From Eledone cirrhosa (Eukaryota): a stretch of 64,000 nt of DNA. The translations under genes and the position numbers were made by a program. Below, in pieces: positions 26,390 to 39,906 of the stretch (position 1 is its first letter; every line of letters begins with the position of its first letter). Below the pieces are notes generated by a model. That model saw only the letters and a program-made list of their open reading frames with translations. It made no database searches and was not told the DNA's origin. Location of the stretch: positions 301,196,001 to 301,260,000 of the forward strand of contig OZ024741.1 of the NCBI GenBank assembly GCA_964016885.1, read 5' to 3'.

Positions 26390-27905
26390 CAATCGACCGA
26401 GCGCTTGACTCGGGCAATCTAAGCGACTGGACCAGACTGTTCAGTTTTGGCACTCTCGTACTCGGAATCCCGTTGGTGGGGAACTCGACGGCGAGAGACG
26501 GATTTGGCCCCTCCCTGGCTTTGCGGCTCAAGGGCAATGTCACCTCTTTCTGCGACCCTTCACCCGCTAGCCTCTCGGCACTCTCGCGCTGCCTACCAAT
26601 ACTAACACAACGCCCCCAATTCACCCATGACAGCACGAAGCGTCTCTGGGACAGAGTCAAATTCAAACTAATTGAGTGTGACGTTTCGGCGGCTGTTCGT
26701 GTGTTGGCCTCAAGCGACGCTGTGCTCCGACCAACACTGGGTGTTTGTCAGCGCTTCACCTCAAACATCTGGATCCTCCCGCCGATATCAGGGACGCTCC
26801 AGCCCCGGCCAGCAATCTCTCCCCGGCAGAGTCCAGCGAGGACGTGGTGCCGCCCTAAGATCTTGTCCCGGTAGCAACAGTGGCGGAGTAGACGGCTTTC
26901 GCTTCAGTCACCTCCGAGACCTCATCTCGTCTCACGCGGCGGAAGCAGGAGTCCAACTGCTCCAGTCATTAACAGCCCTCACCAACTGTCTCCTCCCTGA
27001 GGACCCAGCTCACTCATGGCCGCCGACAATAGGGTTACTTCTGCCACAGGTATCCAGCATGGGGAGCCACTCAGATTGCTCCTATTCGCGCTGGCAGTCG
27101 ATGATGTAGCCCCGTCGGTCCGGTCACCCCTCAACATCTGGTACCTCGATGACGCGACCCTAGGCTGCCCGACTGAGACGGTAGCTGAGGACCTTCGACA
27201 AATCATACCAGCTCTAAAGCTCCTTGGACTTGAGATCAACCCAACGAAGTCTGAGGTGACCAACATCAGCTACGGAGAAGCCGAATTCCGCAACGCCGTA
27301 CCCTGCGCCCATCCCATCCTGGCTGGGGCTCGGCTGACGCCGCATGCATTCTCGGCTCCCCCATTCTCCTGAGAGCCATGAGAGAATGCCTGGAGATCAA
27401 GCATGCAGAATTTGTCCCGATTAGCAGAGAGGCTGCGCCTCATTGACGCTCATCCTGCCCTCTTCCTCTTGAGGAACTGTTTCGCCCTCCCCTAATTCAC
27501 ATTCACGATGCGCGGTGCACCTTTCCACCCCCACACATATCTTCTCGGGGAACTTGACGCCACCATTCGATGCTGTGCGGAACTCATCAGCAACGTCAGT
27601 TTCGATAGTGCAGGTTGGCAACAGACGACACTCCCAGCGAGGTTCAGTGGCGCCGGCCTCCGATCAGCTTCGGATTTAGCTTTACCTGCCTACCTTTCTT
27701 CTATCTCCTCCTGTTGCGCTCTCGTCAGCGAGGTTATCAGCCAGACGGCCGAACCTGACCTGGCCCCTGAGACGGAATAAACTCTGGCCTACTGGACAGG
27801 TGAATGCCTCTCTATCTCCCAGTATACTACAGTCCAACGTAACTGGGACGCCATCAATTGCAGGTCCTCCGTCAGGCGGCTCGTGTCTCACTTGGACCAG
27901 CACTG
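26390..27905 (+). mobile_element. Degenerate CRE-clade non-LTR retrotransposon RT fragment
   Basis: Frames give SGGVDGFRFSHL, SATGIQHGEPLRLLLFALA, WYLDDATLG, LGLEINPTKSE and LPARFSGAGLRSASDLALPAYLSS, motifs typical of CRE/SLACS-type RTs. GC-rich island with frameshifts. Confidence 0.75.
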
Positions 27906-28268
27906 AGCTGTATTCAGTTGATTATTTTTAAATGTAAACATGTACAACGTCCCAATACGCTGGTTTAAGGGAACATCTATCTAATTATTTCCTAAAAGGT
28001 GCTCAGTAGTTTGATTACAACTATTTATACAAACTTCCATTCCCAATTGGAGCATGTGTCTAGTATGTCATTTCAGTGTCCAATAACAAAATAGGAAACT
28101 TTCAAGTCATTTGAAGACGAATAGCTATTCCTCTCTTTTCGTTTCTCTCTTTCTTCATCTCTCTCTCTCTATTTCTCTATCTCTCTTTCTCTCTTTCTTC
28201 ATCTGTCTCACTCTCTTCATCTCCCTCTCTTTCTCCATCTCTCTTTCTCTCTTTCTTCATCTCTTCAT

Positions 28269-28321
<53 letters not shown>

Positions 28322-29613
28322 CCTCTCCCCGCATTTTCCTGTCTTTCTCTCTCTCTTACTCGCATAGCACTTCCAATTATTTCAACGATGTCTAATTAGA
28401 GATACAGACATTCATTTTGAATCACTAGAGTGTTGCCTGGAATGCTGATCACCCTAATTATATCTGATAGCCCAGTTGTTATTCTAGGGTTGTAGTCTGA
28501 TTGCTGACATCTTTCGTCTAGTTGTTATATCTATTCGGTATGCGCAACGAGTGACAGTCTCTGTGTATGTCTGTGTGAAATCAGAAATTGCCGTCACTTA
28601 AATAACCTGCGTTCGAATGCTAATCGGTTCCATCGACCAAAAGCTGGTCTTGCGAAGTAGCTAACATTTTCAGCCCTTTTGTCATTACAAAACTTAAACG
28701 CGTTGGTTTAAGTTTTCATACGATTTATATATAATATTTCTGGAGATGCATACGATCACTGTTATGCTTCACAACATTTCAAAAAAACAATATCTTTCAA
28801 GATGATGTATAGTATAATAAATATTTATATTTGATATCCTTTCATTTTCCTTATGATTTGCTGGTAGTTTATTTTGTTCTTATTTTCTTTGGTAAATAAC
28901 ATTTCTTTATATGCTATTATATTTGTCTTCCTACACCTATCGCATTATTTATTTTATATTGGATAGATTATCCTGGAATACAATATATTTTTCTTATTAA
29001 AAACCATTATGTGCTTATAATTATACGGTTAAGAATGGGGACAAAGACATTAGTTTATATCTGCAACGTAAACAATAAAGTGCCTGTCTAGATACTTATA
29101 CAATTGTCTCGAAACAATTGCATACGGTCTTTTGAGGGTAAAATCGTTTGGTTACACAATCAATGTGAAATGTCTTTACTTGTAATTCACTGAGAGACAT
29201 AAAGAATATACAGGAAATTAAAAAGAATAATGTATTACAAATTACTATTAATCTCAATAATTACATCAATAAAAAATTAAAATTGTTAGATACATAAACG
29301 TCTATTTTGTTATAGAATTCTCTCCAGTTCATTTAGATACATAACAAAATACATACGTGTTACCTGCCTTATATACGTGTGTGTGTGGTTAAATAGATTA
29401 CATGAGGTTTCGCATCTGGTATTAGCAATGAAAATAACTAACGAGGCGATTCAATCACCTATGGCATAAAAGCCGTTTCTATAAATATATTAGATAAGAC
29501 AATATTTTGTAAATATTAAGTGGAGGTTACATTAGGTGGAGGTTACAATAAAAGCATGGGAGTGGAAAAAAAATTCTGATAAATTATTAATAATAATAAT
29601 AATAATAATAATA

Positions 29614-29672
29614 ATTGTTTCTACGTTAGGCACAAGGCCAGCATATACCCAGTGCATTACTGGTACTTTATT

Positions 29673-29673
<1 letters not shown>
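29614..29673 (-). mobile_element. Meta-SINE 3' fragment abutting the (TAA)n that begins the Dong array
   Basis: ttgtttctacgttaggcacaaggccagc...ctggtactttatttt, immediately followed by (AAT)n. Confidence 0.8.
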
Positions 29674-29725
<52 letters not shown>

Positions 29726-30363
29726 CAACATCAAGAACAAAAAAATTGAAGGAATTGATAAGATCTGAATACATTCGGAGAGTAAGGAGCGTATTAAAGT
29801 CACATCTGAACAGTAGGAATGCCATAAGTGCAGTAAATTCCCGAGCTGTGTCTATTATTAGGTACAGTGCGAAAATGTACCACATTCTGAGAAGTGGTAT
29901 GAGCATAAGTCAGAGTCGGTGATAGAAAACGATCAGGTGAAGGTGCTGTGGGATTTTAGGATACAGACGGACAAGAAACTGGTACACAATAGACCTGACC
30001 TGGTGGTTTTGGACAAAGAAGAAAGATCGTGCCTGATTGTGGATGTGGCCTGCCCATTCGACACGAGAGTGCAAGAGAAGGAGAGGAAGAAAATTAACCG
30101 ATACCAGGACTTAAAGTGGGAGGTAAAAAGGATTTGGAACTGCCATGAAGTCAATAAGCGCACAAGGTACTATCTCAAAAGGTTTCCAGGGATGGTTAAA
30201 GAAAATTGGCACCTTCACGCTTTTTGGAACGCTCAAAAGGCATGCTTGCTGGGAATAGCAAGAACTCTCCGATACGTCCTGAATTTCTGAGGCTGCAGGT
30301 AGTGGCTTGATATTCATTTCAACAAACTTTCCACTTAACTAACATAAATGACTGAGACTCAAA

Positions 30364-30364
<1 letters not shown>
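29726..30364 (+). mobile_element. R4/Dong family A, truncated and internally deleted copy
   Basis: 29730-29870 matches ~34360-34499 and then jumps to ~35120. Encodes the RLE motif NRPDLVVLDK...IVDVACP...KINRYQDL and has the same 3' UTR as the long copy. (TAA)n on both sides. Confidence 0.9.
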
Positions 30365-30450
<86 letters not shown>

Positions 30451-30616
30451 GGGAAGAAGACGCACGAGGTGACGGAGGTCATGAAATCGCTCCCGTAAGT
30501 TTTGAATTTTTAACATATTTAAATCATTTGTGAAATAACAACTCTTAGTACAAATGCTACGTAAAGCACCCGGCTTGAGCCCCAAAAAAATTCGGACCCA
30601 AAATATATTGTTATAA

Positions 30617-31591
30617 GGCTCAAATATTCAAATATTCAACTTTGTATTGTACACTGTATATCCAAAAAAAAATGGCTATAAATGGAAGAAGAAGAACCCC
30701 CCCCCCTCCCCTCCTCTGGCTACACTATATAGGACAGCTAAACTCACCAACACCAGAAACTAGATACACCACCCACCCCATCATCTGTGTACACTAAACA
30801 CAACAGCATTTTCACCTTCACCGCCACCGCTCACTACGGCCATCATTACCACCACTATCCCATCACCGCCGCCACCACCCCTTGACTCCTTCACTGCTGC
30901 TGCCACCGCTACAGCACCATCACTACAGTAATACGGCTCAAATATTCAAATATTCAACTTTGTATTGTACACTGTATATCCAAAAAAAAATAAAATGGCT
31001 ATAAATGGAAGAAGAAGAACCCCCCCCCCCCTCCTCTCCTCTGGCTACACTATATAGGACAGCGAAACTCACCAACACCAGAAACTAGATACACCACCCA
31101 CCCCATCATCTGTGTACACTAAACACAACAGCATTTTCACCTTCACCGCCACCGCTCACTACGGCCATCATTACCACCACTATCCCATCACCGCCGCCAC
31201 CACCCCTTGACTCCTTCACTGCTGCTGCCACCGCTACAGCACCATCACTACAGTAATACGGCTCAAATATTCAAATATTCAACTTTGTATTGTACACTGT
31301 ATATCCAAAAAAAAAAATAAATAAAATGGCTATAAATGGAAGAAGAAGAACCCCCCCCCCCCCTCCTCTCCTCTGGCTACACTATATAGGACAGCGAAAC
31401 TCACCAACACCAGAAACTAGATACACCACCCACCCCATCATCTGTGTACACTAAACACAACAGCATTTTCACCACCACCGCCACCGCTCACTACGGCCAT
31501 CATTACCACCACTATCCTATCACCGCCGCCACCACCCCCTGACTCCTTCACTGCTGCTGCCACCGCTACAGCACCATCACTACAGTAATAC
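30617..31591. repeat. Three tandem ~318-332-bp repeats
   Basis: Units start ggctcaaatattc at 30617, 30935 and 31260 and are nearly identical apart from homopolymer and taaa lengths. Confidence 0.95.
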
Positions 31592-31984
31592 GGTCGCATC
31601 ACCGCCACCACTGCCTCGGTACCGACATCACCACCACCACTGTCTCAGTATCGCCAACGCCGCCAGTCTCTGCTGGCTACCACTTCCACATTATAGAATT
31701 CCTACTACTAACAAAGAGGAAGGCATCAAAATATATAGATAGACTCAAAAGAAAAAAGAAAAAACAAACAACAAAAGCAGCACAGCAACAACAGTAAAAA
31801 ACGAGAAAAACAGAGAAAAACAAAAACAAAAAAAGAAACCCCAAAAACGTAAAGAAAATAAGAATGAAGAGAGAAGCAGGCGGACGGACAGAGAAGAGGG
31901 GGGAAAAAGTAAAACTTAAAAAACAAAAACTAAGTCAGACATTCGAATACTACATTACAATGAAACTTATGCTTATTCATTTTT

Positions 31985-34900
31985 GGGGCCCTTTCTGCCC
32001 GTGTGTTTGTTTGTTTATGTGTGTCCGTATACAGCGTGGTGATAATGCCACACAAGGGCCAAGTGGGATGGCGGATCCACAGATGGCTATGTAAACATAC
32101 ATTCGCCAATCCTCGATAAGAGTGTTTAAATATCGAACATAAACAGTTCGAATAACGGTGAAATGGAGACTAGAACGTCATGTGACAGACTCTCACCCAA
32201 CAGGTGCCCCCTGGCTCAGCAGCAGGAACCTGACTGTCAAACAAATACTGCTGATGTTGGAGGAAGAAGAAGAAGGAAAGGGGCCAGAACCAACTGGACG
32301 AAAGAATTGAATAGAACTGTTATGCAATGCTACCTGAAAAGTAACCCCAAGGAGAGGGGCTACAGGAGACGGATGCATAACATCTGGAACGAGATTGGTT
32401 TATTTAAATTAGATGAACAAAAATTGGCCGGGCAGGCTCGGGTAATAAGAACTAATGGGTGGATAAGCGAGCTGGAACTGGAGGAACTGAGCAGAGAGAA
32501 TGGCTTGGAGATGGCGGGTGTAGTATGCCAGACAAGCGAGCCGGCGGGAAGTGAAGGTGAGGAGGTCCTGAGAACGGAGGAACCACCCGAAGCAGACAAT
32601 GATCTGAATACTGAGATAAATAATACCTGGAACAGAGATACGGCCACTGAGGAGATGAATGCTGACGGGCTAGGACAAGATTCGGTTGACATCCTAAATT
32701 TAGTGGTAGATGAGTTGAACAATGATAGTGGGAGACCTATGAACCTAAGATTTGTAGACAGGAAAAAGTTAAAAGAAACAACAGCTAAGGTAAACAAAGT
32801 CATCCCATACCTTGAGGCGAGGAGTCTTCACCAGTGCAACAATACCCTCAAAGCAACAGCAAATACGGTGAGGAAACTACTTGGTATAAAAGCGAGAGGA
32901 AACAACAGACAAGAAAGAGCAGAGCCGTGGTGGAGGAAGCGACTGAGTGGGCAAATCGGGGAAATGAGAAATGACATAGGAAAGCTTGAGTCACTACTGA
33001 ATGGGACACTAAAAAACATAGGCACTAAAAATAGACTGGAAATAAAATAGAAAACTAGGAGTAAAAAGCTAAATATTATCATAGAGGAATTGAAGCAACG
33101 CATTGTAGCAAAGAGTGCCAAAATCAGGCGATACGAGAACAGAGTCAGTCAGTATAAACAGAACCGCATGTTCGACAACAACCAGAAGATGCTGTTTGGA
33201 CAGCTTGAGGGGAAAGAAAGAGGCAACGACTTGATCCCTGGGGCGGAACAAGCTAAAACATTCTGGAGAGGAATATGGGAGCAGGATGTTAGACACAATG
33301 CCCAGGCAGGGTGGATTGAGACAGTACAGAGGGAGATCGGTGAGCAGGCACAGCAACAGACTGATTTGAGTATCACAGTTGAAACTCTTAAGGGGCAAGC
33401 CAAAAAACTAACCAACTGGAAATCACCAGGCCCAGATGGTGTGCAGGGGTATTGGATTAAACATTTAACATCCCTCCACCCGAAGCTGACGGCCATGTTC
33501 AATGACTGCTTGGTGTCGGGTGAGGTGCCAGAGTGGTTGACAAAAGGTACCACAGTTCTGATAATGAAAGACCGAATCAAGGGTAATGATGTTACCAACT
33601 ATAGACCTATCACATGTCTGCCCGTAATGTGGAAACTGTTGACGAGCATTGTGTCTGAGGAAATCTACCATCACCTCCACACAAACAACTTGTTGCCGGA
33701 CGAACAGAAAGGATGCCGAAAGAAGTCACGTGGTACAAAGGACCAGTTGCTTATTGATAAGATGGTAATGGGGAATTGCAGGAGGAGACACACTGATCTT
33801 GCCATGGGATGGATAGACTACAGAAAGGCATTTGACATGGTGCCTCATTCCTGGATCACCAAAAGCCTGGAGATCTTCAGGGTGGCAGATAACATCAGAC
33901 AGTTGCTGGGCAGGAGTATGGGGTCCTGGGAGACAGAGTTGACATCAACTGGAGTATCCTTGGGAAGCGTGAAGATCAAGAGAGGTATCTTCCAGGGAGA
34001 TGGCCTGTCCCCTCTGTTGTTTGTCCTTGCCCTGATGCCCTTGACCATTATGCTGCGAAAAGTGAGAGCAGGATACAAGTTGGGAAGGGGAGAGCTTACC
34101 ATCAATCACCTCCTCTTCATGGACGATCTTAAGCTCTTCGGGAAAAGTGAGAAGGAGTTGGATGTGCTTGTTGACACTGTCCGTATTTTCAGCAGTGATA
34201 TATGTATGCAGTTTGGTATTGGTAAATGTGGAGTCATTGTGATGAAGAGGGGTAGGCTGAGCAGAAGTAACGGGATCCATATACCAACGGAAGAGATGAT
34301 AAAGGAAATTGACTCTGAGGAAGGATACAAGTATTTGGGCGTTCTGGAGGCTGATGGCATAAAGAACAAAAAAATGAAGGAATTGTTAAGAACTGAATAC
34401 ATTCGGAGAGTAAGGAGCGTATTGAAGTCACATCTGAACAGCAGAAATGCCATAAGCGCAGTAAATTCCCGAGCTGTGTCTATTATCAGGTACAGTGCGG
34501 GAATTCTGAGATGGAATGTTGCTGAACAAAAAGAAATGGATAGGAAGACTAGGAAGCTATTGACTATCTACAACATGTTCCACAAGAGGAGTGATGTCGA
34601 TAGACTCTACCTAAGGAGATCTGAGGGTGGAAGAGGTCTTATCAGCATAGAGGACTGTGTTCAGATGGAGAAAAACAACCTATACAAATACGTGACCTAT
34701 AGTAAGGAGCCAATGCTCAGAACTGTACTGAAGGAGGGGACAGTAGGCCAGGGGATGTCCAAGGAGGAAATAACATCAAGGAGGAAGAGCAGCCTTAAGG
34801 GAAAATCCCTTCATAGTACCTTCTTTGAGAAAACTGAATTTAGAGATCCACAGACATGGAACTGGTTGAGAAGAGGAGACCTCAAAAAGGCTACAGAAGG

Positions 34901-35629
34901 AATGCTAATGGCTGCGCAGGAGCAGGCCCTCAAAACGAAGTGGTTGAAGCACCATATCTACAAGGAGGAGGCTAGCCCACTGTGCAGGATCTGTGGAGAG
35001 AGAGAGGAGACTGTGGCTCACATTGTGTCCGAGTGTAAACACCTAGCCCAGACCCACTATAAGGGCTGGAGACACGATGTGATGGGCAGGGTGATCCACT
35101 GGCACCTGTGCAAAGTAAACAATTTACCACATTCTGAGAAATGGTATGAGCATAGGCCAGAGGCGGTGATGGAGAACAATCAGGTGAAGGTGCTGTGGGA
35201 TTTTAGGATACAGACGGACAAAAAACTGGAACACAATAGACCTAACCTGGTGGTTGTGGACAAAGAAATAAGATCGTGCCTGATTGTGGATGTGGCCTGC
35301 CCATTCGACACGAGAGTGCAAGAGAAGGAGAGGGAGAAAATTAACCGATACCAGGACCTAAAGTGGGAGGTGAAAAGGATTTGGAACTGCCATGAAGTCA
35401 AAGTGATCCCGATTGTCATAGGCGCACTGGGGACTATCTCCAAATGTTTCCAGGGATGGTTAAAGAAAATAGGCCCCTTCACGCTTTTTGGAACGCTTCA
35501 AAAGGCATGCTTGCTTGGAACAGCAAGAACCCTCCGATACGTCCTGAATATCTGAGGCTGCAGGTAGTGGCTTGATATTCAATCCAACGGACTTTCCAGT
35601 TAACCAACATCAATGACTGAGATTCAAGG
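31985..35629 (+). mobile_element. Near full-length R4/Dong-clade RLE non-LTR retrotransposon, family A
   Basis: Single ORF (see below), 74-nt 3' UTR and (AAC/AAT)n tail. The 5' boundary is uncertain (about 31985, or 30450 if the tandem repeats belong to the 5' UTR). Confidence 0.92.
32163..35555 (+). pseudogene. R4/Dong ORF (~1130 codons): Myb-like N-terminus, RT, CCHC zinc knuckle, restriction-like endonuclease; one in-frame TAG at 33048-33050
   Basis: ORFs 32163-33050 and 33090-35555 are in the same frame. Motifs WTKELNRTVMQCY..EQKLAGQARVI, KSPGPDG, NYRPITCL, IDYRKAFD, GIFQGDGLSP, FMDDLK, YKYLG, CRIC..ETVAHIVSEC, RHD, RPNLVV..IVDV..EKINRYQDL. Confidence 0.93.
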
Positions 35630-35641
35630 AATAACAACAAC

Positions 35642-35668
<27 letters not shown>

Positions 35669-35672
<4 letters not shown>

Positions 35673-36193
35673 GAAAAAGATCACATCTCAATCTTGTGGA
35701 ACTTTAGCATCCAAACAGACCGAAAAATAGATGCAAATAGACCTGATATAATATTGAAGGACTTTCAAAGGAGGGTATGCCTGCTAATTGATATGTCTGT
35801 TCCAATAGACAAGAATGTATCTATAAAACCATTTGAAAAATTGAGCAAGTATAAGGACCTGGAGATAGAAATTGGAAAAATGTGGAAATTGAGAACTAAA
35901 ACAATACCAGTGGTTGTAGGCGCTCTGGAAATGATACCTAAGGGGTCTAACGACTACTTATCGCAAATCCCAGGAAACCCGCGTATAGGAGAAATACAAA
36001 AGATAGTACTAATGGGAACTGCCCATATACTAAGGAAGATCCTGTCAATATAAGTACATCACAAGTCTAAACACTAAGGATGCATGTGTGAATATGTATG
36101 TTCTTTCTTGAACATGGCGGACCTTGTTGTCTCTAGAGGTCACTGGTTGTGACTTGGTGATAACTTGTATGAACATAAAGCAAGATAAATGCA
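35669..36193 (+). mobile_element. R4/Dong family B, short 3' copy
   Basis: ILWNFSIQTDRKIDANRPDIILKD...IDMSVP...EKLSKYKDL; nearly identical to 39055-39550. Flanked by (TAA)n. Confidence 0.92.
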
Positions 36194-36210
36194 AATAATA
36201 ATAATAATAA

Positions 36211-39200
36211 AATGAAAATGAAACATGTGTCAGTGAAAACGAGGTAAACTGTAACACTTCGAATCCCAGGGTGTAGGCGGAATCACTGGCAACAGAACAA
36301 ATTAAAGAAAGGATCGAAAAAGTGGAGGGAGTGCATGCCCAGGATGAAACTCCAAATGAAAATAATGAGATCGTAAATGATAAAGAAATGAATGAGAATG
36401 AACTTGCCAACTTGAAGGATGAAATTATGATCGAATGGATGAAAATGAAAGAATCTGACATGGGGCAACGAGACACCCTCCCTAAGATCCAGAACTCCAA
36501 ACAGAACCAAAAGATAATACACAAGACTAACATAATTCTCAAAAACATTATCATCACGAACAAACTAAACATTACTGATTTAAATCATCTCTATTATGCA
36601 TCGGCTAAAGTCACCACTCACTTATGTGGAGTGAAGATGAAAAAACAAAGGAATTCCCACAAGAAATCTACATGGCAAGAGAACATCAATCGCCAAATAA
36701 ACCTTCTCCGATCTGACATAGAAATTTTAACAAACTATAAAGTAGGTGAACATGTTAAACAAACTAAACTTAGAAAATTGAAAAAAAAGTACAGTATAAA
36801 ATCAACATGTGACATAGACATGCTGATAGAAATAATCAAGCAAAAAGTGTCGGCCAAAGCTGCTCGTATAAGGCGCTTTGAAAAACGATCTAGATTCTAT
36901 AAGGACAATAATATGTTCAAAAACAACCAAAGAAACTTCTACAGAAAAATTGGTAAGTCAACAATAACTGCTAAATCAATACCACCCAAGGAGGAAGTGC
37001 AAGAATTCTGGGAAAAGATCTGGGCCGAAGAAAAAGTTCATAACATACATGCCCCATGGATAGACAGACAAATGAAAGATACAGCTCACCTTGAGGAACA
37101 AATATGGGAAAATATAACAGTTGAACAGTTGCGCTTGGCTCTCAGAAAAACCAGCAAATGGAAATCCCCAGGAAAAGACAAAATACACAACTTTTGGATA
37201 AATGCCTTCACAGAGTCTCATGATCTGTTAGCCCAACTTTACAATGAAATAGTTAAGGAGCCAGAAAAGATACCATCATGGCTAATTAACGGCATTACAT
37301 TCCTGCTTCCGAAGAATGATGAGACAAACAACCCCAAAAATTACAGACCGATAACCTGCTTGACCACAATGTATAACATTTTAACCTCAGTCCTAACTGA
37401 ATACACATATGACCACCTGATAACAAATGACCTATTTCCCATTGAGCAGAAAGGGTGTAAACGAGGCTCATATGGTTGTAAGGATCAGCTTCTGGTTAAC
37501 AAAATGATACTGGAAGATTGTCATCATAGACACAAAAATCTATCGATTGCTTGGATAGATTATAAAAAAGCATTCGATAGTTTGCCACACAGTTGGATTG
37601 AATAATGTTTAGAGATTTTCAAAATATCCCCCGTTGTCAGGAGGTTTTTGTCATTCAGTATGAAGACACGGAAAACGACACTCCTTTTGAATAGTGAAAC
37701 AAAATCACTGGAAGCTGGAGAAGTTAATATTAATTGGGGAATTTTTCAGGGTGACTCTTTATCACCGCTTTTATTCTGCATCGCACTTATACCATTAAGT
37801 AAAATACTCAATGAAACAAAACATGGATATAAAGTCTATGACAAAACCATTAATCACCTGTTCTACATGGATGACCTGAAACTATTTGCAAAAAAATGAT
37901 GAACAATTGCAAGGGCTATTATCCACTGTGGAGCAGTTCAGTGATGACATTAAAATGGAGTTTGGAATAGATAAATGCGCCAAAGCAACGTTCACCAGAG
38001 GAAAGCTGCTGAAGAGTTCAGACATTAATCTTGATCGGGGGTACGTGATAAGAGAACTTGATCAAGAAAAAACTTACAAATATCTAGGTGTTTGTGAAGG
38101 AACGGAACCAAGCACTCGACAATGAGGGAAAGGATAAGGAAGGAATGTTACAGCAGAGTAAGAGCAATCTTAAGAACGGAATTGAATGCAAGGAATAGGA
38201 TCGATGTCATAAACACGCTTGCCATACCAGTAGTAACCTACAGTTACAATCTCATCAACTGGTCAAGCACAGAGATCCGTAGGCTCGATACAAAAATTCG
38301 AAAATTCTTAACCATGCACAGAATTCTTAACCATGCACAGAATTCTTAACCATGCACAGAAGGCAGATATAGATAGAATATATCTCCCTAGGAAAGAAGG
38401 AGGACGTGGGTTCATCCAGTTAGACATTGCGTTGAAAATTGCAACAATTGGATTATCTACATATCTAAAGGAATCGCATGATTGGATGATCAAACTCGTA
38501 TTGAAACACGAAAGCATCAAAACATCATATTCCATTACAAAAGATGCACAAAGATACAGTAATGGACTACAAATTTCAGAAGTCCCATTTACTGCTGAAA
38601 TGAAAAACACAGAAAAAGCAAAGCAGGTAAAAGTAACTGCAAAGAAAGAACTGCTACAGAAACTGGCTAAGAAATGGCAAGAAAAGCCTATGTATAGAAA
38701 ATACCCAGAGCGAGCTAACAATCCTGATGTTGACAAAACTTTAACCCATCAGTGGTTGGCATCCTCTGGACTGAAATTGGAGACTGAAGGACTGATTATA
38801 TCAGCACAAGATCAGTGTCTGCCAACAAAAAATTACCAAGCCAACATAATAAAAAATGGGTGCAGCCCATTATTCCGTGTATGCAAAAAACAATCAGAGA
38901 CCATTGACCATATAATTTCAATGTGCAGTCCTATAGCTCCAACCGAATACCTTATCAAGCATGACAGAGCTGCACAATACATACATTGGATAATGTGTAA
39001 GCATTTTGACCTGCCCCATCAAAAGAATTGGTGGGAGCATCAACCACCTCCCATACTTGAAAGAGATCACATCTCAATCTTGTGGAACTTTAGCATCCAA
39101 ACAGACCGAAAAATAGATGCAAATAGACCTGATATAATATTGAAGGACTTTCAAAAGAGGGTATGCCTGCTAATTGATATGTCTGTTCCAATAGACAAGA

Positions 39201-39558
39201 ATGTATCTATAAAAACATTTGGAGATAGAAATTGGAAAAATGTGGAAATTGAAAACTAAAACAATACCAGTGGTTGTAGGCGCTCTGGGAATGATACCTA
39301 AGGGGTCTAATGATTACATATCGCAAATCCCAGGAAACCCGCGTATAGGAGAAATACAAAAGATAGTACTAATGGGAACTGCCCATATACTAAGGAAGAT
39401 TCTGTCAATATAAGTACATCACAAGTCTAAACACTAAAGATGCATGTGTGAATATGTATGTTCTTTCTTGAACATGGCGGACCTTGTTGTCTCTTGAGGT
39501 CACTGGTTGTGACTTGGTGATAACTCGTATGAACATAAAGCAAGATAAATTCAACTGT
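36211..39558 (+). mobile_element. R4/Dong family B, 5'-truncated long copy (pseudogenised)
   Basis: KSPGKD, NYRPITCL, IDYKKAFD, GIFQGDSLSP, FYMDDLK, YKYLG, RVC..ETIDHIISMC, KHD, RPDIIL. Stop at 37603-37605, frameshifts near 37895, 38100 and 38303-38359, and a ~26-bp deletion near 39220. Confidence 0.93.
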
Positions 39559-39578
39559 AATAATAATAATAATAATAG

Positions 39579-39906
39579 TTGATTGACACGAGAGTGCAAG
39601 AAAAGGAGAAGGAGAAAATTAACTGATACCAGGATTTAAAGTGGGGGTTAAAAGGATTTCAGACTGTAAAGAGATCAAGTTCGTCCCGATTGTCATAGGC
39701 GCACTAGGTACTATCTCAAAGAGTTTCCAAGGATGGTTAAAGAAGATTAGTCCAGCCCCGATTTTTGGAACACTTCAAAAGGCATGCTTGCTGGGAACAG
39801 CAAGAACCCTCCGATACGTCCTGAATATCTGAGGCTGCAGGTAGCCCCTTGATATTCATTTGAACAAACGTTCCTGTTGAATAACATCAATGACTGAGAC
39901 TCAAAG
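39579..39906 (+). mobile_element. R4/Dong family A, short 3' copy
   Basis: gacacgagagtgcaag...PIVIGALGTISKSFQGWL...LRYVLNI and the family A 3' UTR; (TAA)n before, (AAC/AAT)n after. Confidence 0.9.

Noticed and set aside
30617-31591. Possible CRISPR array or hammerhead repeat
   Set aside because: Whole units are near-identical with no unique spacers, no CUGANGA/GAAA core is present, and the context is eukaryotic.
33048-33050. Programmed stop-codon readthrough in Dong A
   Set aside because: R4/Dong elements have one ORF and family B has Tyr at this position, so a nonsense mutation is simpler.
33149-35482. Antisense ORFs overlapping the Dong ORF
   Set aside because: Shadow frames of a long coding sequence with no recognisable domains.
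38303-38359. 19-bp triplication aattcttaaccatgcacag in Dong B
   Set aside because: A local slippage or repair lesion that frameshifts a dead element; no sign of function.
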